From Anthoceros angustus (taxonomy: Eukaryota > Plantae > Anthocerotophyta), in the NCBI GenBank assembly GCA_010909165.1, contig MU008156.1, forward strand, positions 930,001-994,000: a stretch of 64,000 bases of DNA, read 5' to 3'. The notes below the pieces were generated by a model that saw nothing but the letters and a program-made list of their open reading frames with translations, was not told the DNA's origin and did no database searches. Shown here piece after piece: positions 12,413 to 24,110 of this stretch. The position numbers and the translations under genes are program-made. Position 1 is the first letter of the stretch; each line of letters begins with the position of its first letter.

Positions 12413-12447
12413 GAACAAGGTCTCCTAAGAAGTAGAGACGACTCCTC
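12413..12447 (+). repeat. Left terminal inverted repeat GAACAAGGTCTCCTAAGAAGTAGAGACGACTCCTC
   Basis: Matches the reverse complement of 23937-23972 with one mismatch and one small indel. Confidence 0.92.
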
Positions 12448-13989
12448 GTCTCTACTTTTGAGGGTGTGAAATTTGGGGTTTGACGATGGAAAACCGTGCT
12501 TTGTCACGTTTTCAAAACTTTGGCCAAAACCTTAAGTGTGAAAGTCCAAGTGAAGAATGAAACCATGTGTTTTGAGGGTTTTACATTATGGTTTTTTTTA
12601 AGGTAACACAATCCTCTAATTACCCACCACAAAATGGTTACGATCGAAGATGGAAACCATATGTAACAAGCCATGTAGTCATATGGACATCATGAATTTC
12701 AAAATGTCGACATAACGGGTTTGAAGGGTTGCATGCATGAGCGGTAACAACAAAAGGTGGATGCCGCATCACGTAATTCTATGACCGTGGATATCCGGTG
12801 AACGCGGCTTCATCGGTGAACTTGACTCAGCGCAAGTCAAGTGTTGGGTTCCCACGGATAGTGGCGATCATTTCTATGTTGCGAAACATGACATGAAATC
12901 GGAGGCCGTGCGGCTTGCATTCTCCAGTGCTCTCGAAAGTCCCCTCGAGGCACCAAGCGTTTGGATGTGTTGAGCGTCATTTGAACCTCACCGCTAACCG
13001 ACATAATCCATGCCCATTGGCCTAACCTAATCGGCTACAATGTTACGCATGCGTGTGGCGGTATGTATGACATATCCGCGAATCTGGGGATGGTTATGTC
13101 ATCGGACATGCTCAATGCTTCAGTGCGTATAGCCATCATGCGACCGTCTTCTTGGTAGTTTGTAAACGCCATGATGACAATACGCGGAATGTGGGAGGAG
13201 TTTGACAGTCGGCAGTTTTCGGGCTATTTTACGGGTTATGGCGGCGGCGGTTCTTATTGCAAGGGTGATCATGGGCCCGCTATGGTAGCATCACGCCTCA
13301 ACATTCAATGGCGACAAAGAACAAAGCGCAAAATCGTATGCTTGCAATCCAGCTGAAAACAAGCACACGAGAACATGCACTCGGGTTGACGGTCATCACC
13401 AGGACACAACCGGACAAAGATAGCTCTGTTCCAGCCTCAACACCGGTTGTCCGGTGTTTGTGCTCACCAGGTAAGCGGACACCTCTACATGCGTCGTCTC
13501 ACCAACGATGCTGGAGTCGAACACCGAACAGATTTGCGGGCATTACCAATGCCCCACCCAGCAGTCACTGAGATTCACAACCATTAGGTTCAAATGCCCC
13601 AGGTCTTTCCGGGCTGTGCAGCCTATCCATGGTAGGGGGGTGAACCAATGGATCATAGTCCTTAGTGGTCGTGTCCAAGGGAAGGTGACCTTGTCCATCG
13701 CCGCCCCCGAGAGCTGTAGCACTATGTTCCTGTGCCCAAACTCGCCACTGCCCTGCTCCCTATTACCTTTGTCAAGCGCAATGGCCACACCGCCCACAAG
13801 ACAAGACATGGAAGGATCATCACACCTGGGTGTAGAATGCTTCCGATTGCGTGGCGCTTGAGATCCACAAAAGCGCGGCTCCTTGCCACATTGTTCATCA
13901 TCGGTTCTTTGGTGAGCGTCTTAGGCCCCGCGTAGCCTTCAACCTCTCCCAACTCTTCCTCCTCGCTTGGCAGTTCTCTAAAGTATTGA

Positions 13990-16900
13990 GACGGAGGTCC
14001 ATGAATTGAGCTGCCTGGGATCTCGTCTCACGATATCACGTTGCGTCCGCGAGGCGGCTACCATACGATCCGAGCACGCACACCCATCCAGACCCACTCG
14101 CCTTCCACGTATGCGGCTCCATCAACTTCCTCAACAACTGATAGGCTTCGGTATGGGAAACTACCCTATCATCTCGTGTTATAACACGACTTATGTTCCA
14201 CCTTCTCCTCAAAGCGGGTTGTCAACCTGCCATCATTCATACGATGAAGCTGCGGTGGTGAATGTTGTGGCACACAATCACCTTCAACGATCCAGCCCGT
14301 GGTGATATAATCCCTGCATCATACATGCATTGCAACGCTTTCACATTAGTTTTGTGCGGAAGCAGTGACACTCCTTTACAAGCGCAAGCAAAACCTCCCG
14401 TACCATGGACATGTCATCGGGAATGAAATACCACGACGCGAAATACCTCGATGTCGTGATGCCGGAATTGCAATATGATATTTTCAAACTCATCGGTGAA
14501 TCGCTGTCATACTCCTTGAGTTGGCATCCGATGCAACCCTCGTGGCAAGTCCAATAGGAGCAGGGCAAGCGGACGGGGTTCCACAACGAGCCATTCTCAC
14601 GATGTTACCACATATTATTCCTATCTGCATGATCTCCGGAAGCATCTCGATCGTCTTCAACTTATCGGATGGAGGTCTCCTCATTGCTCATCGCCATAAT
14701 CTTCCATGCTTTGGCCTTCAACACATGTTCCTTGAAACTCTCGGAGTGCACTCCACGTTAGGCAAGCATTGGCTCGCGCACAACAAGGCAAAAACCACAT
14801 CAACCATGAGTGTTCATGGGCATATGGGAGTGTACATGGGCATAGCGTTGATGCCGAAAACAAATCGGATGCCCACCAAAGATTCTTAGAAATCAAACAT
14901 ATGACAAGCACCGGCCGTCCGGTGTGGACATTCCATACTTGCTCGGGTTCACACTTACCATATTTTTGAAAGCCGGTTGGAAGTTCTTGATCCGGTCCAG
15001 TCTTGTATTGAGGATACCGCTCCCTAACCTGCTCAAACGCCTCGCAATTCGGGTTCTTCGCAAGTGTAGCGTGAATGAGGTTCGATTTTGGCTTTCTCCA
15101 CCCAATCCTGCATTTGCCGTAAACTCATTTCCCCAGACAAGACCTTCATGCATGCTGTCTTCAAATTGTTGTTGCCAGCTGCCGAATGTTCAATCCCTTG
15201 AAAGCACTTCCACACTCTCACTGGCACATCCGCATCTTTAACCTCTATGACTACAAGGTCTCGCACGGCTGCAGCAGTTGGCCTTGTCTTCCTACTGGCC
15301 TTTGTTTGTTTGGCAGCTAGGGCTCGGGCCGCATCTATTTGTTCAGGCAACTGCTTACATTCCCACTTCTCAAATATCTCGTCCACATACCTCCACACTT
15401 CTTCATCAACCTTCGCCACGCAGTAATCAAGTGTCCCGTTGTCCACCAGTCGGTGATACTGAACCTTGGGGCCATGCTTTGCTGCATCCCACTTGGGGAT
15501 CCTGCCTAGGCGGGCATACACATCCAGCTTCCAGTCTACATCGCACTTCAAGCCCTTCGCCTCGCACATCAACTCACTCGATGTAACGTACCACATCCAT
15601 GAAGGTGAATGTCTTCCGGCATCTGCGATGGTGTTGTGGTGCTGGCTACGATCCTCATCTCGTCCTCGTGAGTCCGGCTAGCACATATGCATCCATCCAC
15701 TTGAACTCTTCCTTCATTGGGTGGATCGAGCGGGACCTTGCACGGAAGGAATGGTTCCCTCCCAAGACGAAGAAATTGTAAAGCCCTCATCCACCTTCTC
15801 AACGTCAAAGTTCTCTTTGTGAGGACACTGCGAGGGTCGACAACCACAACCATTGGCGACACCGCTACCCATGGGCGGTGTTTCATCTTCGCATCAAAGC
15901 CTCTACCCACGAGATCCGGCTTCCTCACCTTAGTGCCTCACAGATCTTGAAGTGCGGCCTTGATTGGCAACTTCAAGGTAGACTCCCGGACTCTCTTGAT
16001 AGCAATACCGTCCCTTTCGACGTCCCGACTTGCATCTGCTTTTATGGCGTGAGCCTATCATCGTCGATGGCATGTTGTCTTAGCTCTCTCCACAAACCTT
16101 GGCGGTGGAACCTCTTCCTCCTCCTCCTCCACAATTCCGAGCTTCTCCGTCTTGCCACAGGTTTCTTGGCTTTCTGCTACCGCCTTTGTCCCTTTTCCGG
16201 ATATGTTTGCCATCTGCAGGCCTCTCCTCTTTCCCCTTTCTTCAAATTTCCCCTGAAGGCCTCACTGCACCCTCCTGCGATCGACAGCCCAAGACCGCAG
16301 AACCATCACGTGCGGGGATAATATCCGAGGTCATCACGCTCATCGGCCTCTTCTTGAGTTCTCCTCCTCCTCTTCCGACCCACCTTGACTTCCTCCAAGC
16401 TGCGCATCTTCGTCCTCCACAAGGTAGAATGCCATCCATAAAGCCCTCGGTGTCCTCGGGTTCGTCTGGGCGTCCTCCTCACACCGTCGGACTACCTTGA
16501 GTAAAATGGAAGTGGCTCACCAAGTCTGCCGCAGTGAAACAGGACGTCGGTGGCGGTAGTATCATGGACACCACCGGCTTGGCGCGGAAGCAAGCTGCTG
16601 GATCCCCATCGATGTGGTATTGAAGAAGCATTGTTGGGATGCCTCTTCTTGCAGCGATGTCGGGTTGCTTCCCAACAGCCTTTGTTGGGTTGCTTCTCAA
16701 TTTGCATTGTTGGTTTGCTTCCCGAGATGCATTGTTGGGATGCCTCTTCTTGATGGCACGCCCCGGACCCACTCCTACTCTCGGCGACTCTTGGGTTCAA
16801 TCACGGCCCGGACTTGCTCGAACCAACAGTTTGCCTGATTCCTTCTAAGCAAATTTGGTGCAACACTTTGTGGAACACTTTGTGTCCATCATTGTTACGC

Positions 16901-17459
16901 AACCCCTGCAACAGTTCCTCTCTCACACTTTCCGGCTGGCAAGCCACGGGGTCAAAAGTCCGGATCGCAGTGAGTATACTCGGACGGCCGTGGGGTCAGG
17001 CTTGAGAAGCTGTCTGGTCTTCAGAGTGCAGAGGAAAATTACGTACCCTTGGTCATCCTTCTCCACAAATCTGCGTGAACAAAACAGCACCAAGACAGGA
17101 AGACTTTATACTTGAGTGTTGCATCCAAGATGTCTGATACAGTATGTCCAGCAGGCGTTCTGAGACCAATTCCTGTCCGACATATCAAAGGGAGAGTGTT
17201 CCAGGAACATCTTTCTGATCATGTCGATTTCCGCCTGCTTGTATGGACTTTGGAATGATGTTCACGTCGGTGACGAGGTAGTGTGTCGCGGGGTCAAAGT
17301 TGTCATGCTATGGGTCTTGGAGGCCTTCGGGACCGGACTCGTGACAATGTTCAGGGGCATCTGCGAATCGCCGGCCTTCCGCCGGGCCCGTTTCTTCTCA
17401 GCCGCGAGCGCGGCGTCTGGCTCAGCACCTTTACTCCGCTTCTTGGTCTGAGGTGCCAT
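13990..17459 (-). pseudogene. Transposon cargo gene: basic N-terminus, ParB/Sulfiredoxin-like domain, beta-class N6-adenine/N4-cytosine DNA methyltransferase domain; many frameshifts and stops
   Basis: Candidate ATG at 17459 (MAPQTKKRSK, after a TTTTGCAG acceptor); YNFFVLGGNHSFRAR at 15736-15780; LLLLDLPRGL at about 14534-14563; across frameshifts FPYxKPISLLRKLMEPHT-EGEWVLDGCACS-MVAASRTQRDIV-DPRQ at about 14010-14162. Motif order IV...X-I indicates beta class. Whether all parts form one gene is inferred. Confidence 0.7.
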
Positions 17460-18061
17460 CTGCAAAACACAAACCAAGTAGCAATGAGGCATCACGCACT
17501 ATGGATTATGGATCAAGTAGCACGCTGACCCACCTTGATACCCTCCTCTTGAATCACCGGACAACCGGTGAGGATGAAGCGCCGATGATCCGGAGATCCA
17601 CCGACTCCTCGGCGATATGAACCTCCGATATGGAAGTGGTCGAATACCACCAGTTACCAAAATACTTGAGTGAACCTTTGGTGCCCGCTATATGCATCTC
17701 CTCGCAATATTTTCGCCAAACCGCCTTTCCAGCGATCTGACGGGTGGATGGCACAGTGTGACGGCGATATGAACCTCCGATATGGAAGTGGCTCACCAAG
17801 TCTGCGGCCAAATGAGTGGAATCGCAAATTTGGGTTGATGCCCAAGTAGCCGTTCCGCCATGTTTCGCGAGCAGGACACAAGCTAAACAAAGAATAAAGC
17901 ATATTTTATGGAATATGCCTAGTTTTGCCGCTGGCAAAACTCAATTTCCTATTGCAAAATCTCGGGCTCCTCGATTCTCAATGCAGGAATGCATTTAAGG
18001 ATCCTCAAGCGCCATGATTTGTAGCCGCAAAGTAGATATCCGTCCTAATTGTCAATAATCA

Positions 18062-21000
18062 ATGCGGTCCAAAGAACCGAGGCATCTATACATGATGTTG
18101 AGCGGGGCAATCTGCGGGTCTCCTCCTCGAGCACACGGCGTTCTCAACAATTGCGTTTTCACTAGTCACGAGCAATGGCAAGCGATCTCAATGCGAGGAG
18201 GAGTTTTTGATTTGGTGAACGGACTAGTGACCGATGAAGACATCGGCCATGTGTATGAGTCGGATATCGTGGACTTGGCGGCGAGGCCGCGGATGCTAGG
18301 CATGGGGTCCACTAGGCAATGTGTCAAATTCCACGTGGTCGACATTCAAGACGTTGCGCACCCTGTAAACCCCGGACGTCCGGTGAAAGGTATCTCAAGA
18401 CCCGGACACGCATCGGATTTGGATCAAACCGACTTCTGGGTGATACGTTGGGTGGCTGCAAGTGATGGAGACCTTTACTTGTTTGATCCGGGATGGACTC
18501 GGGCAGGCGGCGAGACCGAGCAAATTGCAGCACATGTGGACCGGCATGTCCGAGCTCGACAACGCGCACTGGAGCGGCGGCCCCGATATCCACCACCCGA
18601 CAGGCGCAACCTCGGCCCACCTCGACAGCCTGCACTCGGCACTGTATACCCAGGTCTGTTCAAATCGCCAGGTGCCAAGAAATTGGCAAGGATGTTCTGC
18701 TCTGATCCAAATCCACGCGCAAAGCGGGTGGCTCCTGGGCGCGCGGAAGGTGACAAGGTGGCACCTACAACAAGTCCATGGTGTGCTTCGCAAGAGTACC
18801 ATCAACCTTGTGTCACACCACCTGGCACGAATGACAACAACACGGATTCTGAAGCAGAGAGTGTTGGTGAGTCTCCTGACTGCGGTGAGAAGATGCATGT
18901 GATCGTAGACTTCGGTTTCGATTTCGCGGCATTGGGTCATGGAGGACTGCCGGGCGAGCAGGCGACCAAACTGCACGTGATCCAATTGCCTTGTTTGGAG
19001 ATGTGCTGGCACTAGATCACAATGAAGATTTGCCCGAAATGCTGCCCCCTGCTAATCCTAAGTCCAGGGGGTTGGAGTTGCAATCTCGCGATAGGGTTGT
19101 TTGCTCAACAAAGAACCGTGCTGCAAGGGTTAAGCTGGATCATGTCATGGCGAAGCATTGTAATCGGGCGAAGCTTTCAGCAGACATGAAGAGACAATGT
19201 TGTACGAAAAAGTGTTTAGCAAGGCGGGGAATGGCAGACTGAAGTCACTTCGTTGTTCTTTTTTTTCCATGACAAAAGGGGAGCAGGAACAGCATTTGCA
19301 AGACCTTATTGATGTTGTCGAAGACGAGGAAACAGGTATGGTGACCGGATGGGTGAACAAGCTGCCACATGGGAAGGTTTCAATTTGTGTAAGGGCATTC
19401 TGCCGAGTTTTCTGTATTGGTGCACTACGATATCGGAATGCCGGGCAGTGCGAAGGGACTAGGTTTGCCGAGGCGGGCTGGTAAAATTCAACTTCATACG
19501 GACCGCAGTCATGTGGATGGATATGTTTTTCAAAAGAAACGTGGAAAGACTACCCAACAGGGAAGTGTTCAACCTACCGGATACATTCACAAAAGAGGAG
19601 ATTTACATTGAGTATGCTAGGCAGGCTAGAGCAATTACCACTCATGTTTGTTATAGCTATTTTTGCAAGCTGTGGATACGGCATTTCCGGTCCGTCAAGA
19701 TTCCAAGATGCAACCGATTCTCGGTCTGTGCTGACTGTGAGAAGCTTAAAGCGAAAATTAAAAACGCCGGAAACGACAGGGAGCAAGGTACTGAGTATGA
19801 ACCGCTCCCCTTTTTAAGCACGGGATGTCCGGTGATTGCTAGGTGTCCTTTTTTATAGTAGTTGTCGGCGGAAAACCCTAGACCCTGTTCTTTAGGGTTC
19901 AGTACAAAGGTTGATGTAGCCAGTGCTGGACTGGAGTTGTTCGGGGCTGCTATTGTGATGGCACTTATGCGGTATGTGCAGATAGACTTAGGGAACTCCT
20001 CAATTACCACCGGATCAACAATGATGGAGCGGGCGAAATGGCAAAGCATCGCGGCAAGTGTATGGCTCAACCGACCAAGTACAGGGATTGCGATAGATGG
20101 TATGGACCAAAAGAAAGCGAGTTGCCTCATTTCCATGAGTGCCCAAAGATGTGGATAGTCTTTGCTCGTCTCTGTCCATGTGGTTGGAGTTTTGGTGTTT
20201 AACAAATACATGAGAACTTATGTTTACAGCTATCCAAATCTGCGAAATGACCCTAACGGACAATTGCGTAGTCCAGCATGTTATTAACGGATGGGAGGGC
20301 CAGTTGCCTCAAACTCTTTACTGCGGATGGACAATACTTTGCTCGAATAAGAACTAAGAAGTGTTGGCGTATTGCGCCATGTTAGTGGACCGAGGTATTT
20401 TCAAGAAGGTGAAACTAGGATTTCTAATTGTTGGCCATACCCATGATCGATTGATCAAATGTTTTCCGTTTTACATTGTGCTAAATCAAGGAGGCCTACA
20501 CCTTGCCGAGCTAATCGGTTGCCTTGAGAGGGCTTATACTCGACACCAAAGATCTATCTTATGAAAGAGGTGCCCAACTTTAAGCAATATTTGTGGCACT
20601 GGGGTCCGTCTGCAACATTTACTCTCCATAATCACAGTTTCCAACATCAGTTTAAAATCACTCGCGAAGAGTTGCCTAGTCATGTGTTTGTGACGGTCCT
20701 GAGGTGCAAGCAGTTTTCCACTGCTGCGCATTGGAGCCCAGATGGTGGTGTTCAGCTGTTGCGGGATGGAGTCCCAGAGAGGGAGATTATTGCGGCTCCA
20801 CTACTGCCACTGCAGGTCAGGGCGAAATCCAAGGGCCAAAGAGAACATGCAGAAGTGCGGCCTGATAGGGCTATCGCTGGAGTGGAAGACAACAGACAGC
20901 GTTTAAGAACTTCCACAGAAGTCTTCAATGGTCATCAGCTCGCCTGGTGGGATGGTTTTTGGGAAGAGCAGTTGGCCATAGCGGGTGTAGTAGCGTCTGG

Positions 21001-21100
21001 AGCTCTTCGTCCATTGGACACAACATGGAAATGGTATAACCGGGAGGAGCATTCAAGAACCCGCAGTGGCTCTTCCGGATGAAGTGATAGTGGACGCTAC
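18062..21100 (+). pseudogene. Decayed DDE transposase, Sola1-related/DUF7869-like
   Basis: CCTKKC and RFSVCADCEKLK Cys motifs; AIDGMDQKK at about 20096; LxMDN...NKN at 20327-20354; LAYCAMLVDRGIFKKVKLGFLIVGHTHD-IDQMFS at 20370-20468 across frameshifts. Superfamily assignment is from motif recall and is unverified. Confidence 0.8.
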
Positions 21101-23936
21101 ACTTGCGAGGCATATTGGACATGAGCGAGAGGTTTACAGGCCACAGAATCTTGCGAAGGGGCGTCGAGCGGCAACCGGAGGATCGGTTAAAGAGATCCAG
21201 GTGGCATGATGATTGCGGTCCAGTGGAGATGATCCGGACGTCCTTTCGGCTGGGTAAGGTTGGATGTAGACCATGAAGCCTGGACCCGGTAGCGCAAGTC
21301 CACCGGTGGCGCATCGAAAACCCTAATGCATTGGAGGGTAGGTATTCGGAAGAGTGGGTGCCAACCAACCCTCCGGGCCGTAGAAAAGGTCGCGGGCACC
21401 CTTTGAAGAAACATGTGCAACCAATCAAGCTTTTGGAGACCACAATCATGGGTTATGATTTCGAGTTGACGAGGAACAAGACTTTGAGCAAAGACACAAT
21501 GGACATCTTTGAGGAGGAAGGTCTTGAGTTACGAGCGAGCCAAGTGAGGAACCGCTTTGCTTCCTCCTGATGGTGAAGCAAGTGGTGACGAACGAATTGA
21601 TTCGAAGACTTGGACAACGTTGAATCTTGATGCATCCGTTGATTATTTGGTAGACTTCTTTGGAAGGTGTGGACTCGGTGAGGAGCCGGATCTTAACCCA
21701 CCAAGGATTAATTTCGAGGTTGGCCCGGAGAGAGTCTTGAGGTCGAGGGCGGTGAATACATAGTCGTGACATAGATGTTTAGGGTATATGTGGATGTGTG
21801 ATCCGTGTTCATGTTTTGACATAGAGTTTTGATCTTGATGCATTGTGCCTTTTGCACGGATGTCCGTGCTAAAGCTCTCGTCGTTTTAATTGTGGTGAGC
21901 ATTCCGCTTGTTTACGGCCAGCGTATTTGGGTTTTGTGATAGGGTGCAGGGCTCGGGCTTCTGACAGTTGAGGTGCAGGCCGCGGGCTTTTGAGCTATTG
22001 GGGGCAGGTTGGGGACAGCGGGGAGCGTAAACCTGTACACGCTGCCATGTGGTATTTTGGCCCTTTGCCAAGTACTCAGCAGTTTACTCTCCAACAACAG
22101 GCCGCAACCAATTCTCCTGTGTTTGCCTTCCAGTTTGAGCGGCACGCAGCGGAGGAAGAATCCATTCAGGTGTGCGTCGTCAATTTTCCAGTGTGCATCG
22201 GTGGTGGCGCGCCTCCACTAGACGGGTGTTAAGAGTGTTGTTGCAGACCAAAACAGTGGATATGAGGACCAGGCGTGGCGGCTACCAGTCCCCACCACGG
22301 GTCACAGCTGCAGACATTGCAGAGAAGAGGGCCAGGAGGAGAGCCACTTTGAGGGAGCGTCGTGGGGGCGTCCCTCCGGAGGCATCATCGCCAATTGGTG
22401 GCCAACCCTTATTCGAGTGGCATCCGTTTGCCACTCCCAAAGCCTCTGCGTGGTTCCACAGGGGGGAGGTGGGGATAAGGGTTTCTTTGAGGGAGCCCAG
22501 GAGGTGAGGACTATAAGGAGGAGGAGGAGGCTGAGGCCCGTGACATCCGCCATGATCTCACGATGGTGGGAAGGAGGTGAAGGCGGTGAGATGGAGCTGG
22601 AGGTTCGACCATATCGGCCGTAAAGCTGAGCAATGAGGAGTTGACGAAGGAGGAGCTAGAGGCGGAAGAGGCGGTGTGGGCAAGAAGGCGTCGGAGGGAG
22701 CTTGCGCTTGTAGTGGCGTGAAGCATGCCAAGGCATTGGCGGTATGGGGTTCGGATGTGGCCGGAGCCTCTGGTGAGTGAAGGCTTTGGTAGTAAGGTGT
22801 TTCAATTCATGCATCATGGGTTCTTGCGGTGATTCTGGTTTTGGTCTTTGTTGATGTTGCTTCGCATCAGCCGTTGATGTTCTTCTTTGCATCGGTTGAT
22901 ATTCTTGGTCTTGGTATTCTTTATTCTTCTTTGCATGGGTAGTAAGGTCTTCTTTGTGAGCCAATGATGTGCTGCTCTTCATGTATGTAGGTGCCAACAT
23001 ATAGGCGGGAGGTTCTTGTCTGTGGAGGAAGCAAGCGGTGATGAGGTCCCTCCTTTTTGGGAGCCACGAAGCCACAGCTAGGATAGGCTTGTTTTGGTGT
23101 GGGTGGAGTGCTAGAGCACCGGCCGTAGACTTGAAACTTGATCATACCAGTAGTGGGCGTAAATTGTGGCTTTGTCGGACAATGTGGTGCAAAGGTCACC
23201 GGATGTCCGGTGCCTTTGGCGACAAAAGAAAAGCTTGACTTGGCCAGATCGCAGATCCAACCTAGGTCCGACACCCTAGTCTATTCGCTTATGAGTATGG
23301 GTCACTTGACTAAATTCGAAAAGTGACCGGTTGTCCGTGTCGGTTATATGGTGCCATGGCACTTTTCTTTTAATATATGTGAGCATTTTTGTATAGTTTG
23401 GAACGCGGACATATAGTTGGGCATATGGCCCATGTGGGATATTGGTGTCTTATACCTCTAGTCTCCCACTATAGTACCAAATCATATGTGTGTATGCATG
23501 TTTGTGTGTCGGGTAGTTGACATGAAGACACATGTCCTTCTTGTTTTTTATGGTGCCACAACCTTGCGATCGGTAAGGGCAGGATGTCGGGCATACTTGG
23601 ACCAATGTGTACAAAAACCGTGTTAGCATATTGAGGTGGCATTGCGGTTTTCAACTTAGCACATTGGTCGAAATTGTCATAAATGTCCAGTTCAAAGCGA
23701 CAAAGCGGTTTTTGCGAAAATGCCCTTAAAAGCCTTAAAGCGGGGTATTTTCCAACTTGATCCAACCATGGACCTTTCTTAACGGGGTTAAAAGACATCA
23801 AAAGGTAGAAAAGATGCTTTTGACAACTACGGAAATGGAAATAGTGGTTTTTGCCCTTGGTTTTGGAAAAGCACCAAATCCAGATTGGTTGCCAATTTGT
23901 AGGTCGAATGTGACCAAATGGACATCATCTCTAAAA

Positions 23937-23972
23937 GAGGAGTGTGTCTCTACTTCTTAAGAGACCTTGTTC
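23937..23972 (-). repeat. Right terminal inverted repeat
   Basis: Reverse complement is GAACAAGGTCTCTTAAGAAGTAGAGACACACTCCTC. Confidence 0.92.
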
Positions 23973-24110
23973 AAAGCGGCGTATCGCGGTGGAAAAGTTG
24001 TGGTGCGATCGGTAAGGCGGGAGGTTCTTGTCTTGGTCAAATAGGATATGCCTCATTGCAGAAGCGAGAACCGCCCCTTCCCGAGCAAGAGCGGATACGG
24101 AATGGCAGCC
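23973..24110 (-). mobile_element. Upstream continuation of the CRE-type LINE ORF, displaced by the DNA transposon
   Basis: Minus strand encodes RIRSCSGRG...AYP...NFSTAIRR, the segment that normally precedes RLGL and the CCHC knuckle found at 12412 and below. Confidence 0.6.

Larger units (their letters stand above)
12413..23972. mobile_element. 11,560-bp TIR DNA transposon (decayed) carrying a DDE transposase and a divergent ParB-like/DNA amino-methyltransferase gene
   Basis: TIRs at 12413-12447 and 23937-23972 (26 of the first 27 bp identical); internal transposase and cargo relics; the interrupted CRE reading frame resumes at the right flank (RIRSCSG...FSTAIR|WLGL). TSD ambiguous (AA, or CAAG/CAAA). 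Confidence 0.85.

Noticed and set aside
22262-22720. Basic/acidic ORF fragments (MRTRRGG...) inside the transposon, possibly a third gene
   Set aside because: Low complexity, broken frames and no identifiable domain.
12413-23972. Bacterial contamination as the source of the ParB/MTase sequence
   Set aside because: It lies inside TIRs nested in a eukaryotic LINE between intron-containing plant genes, has a splice-acceptor-like site before its ATG, and is as decayed as the neighbouring transposase.
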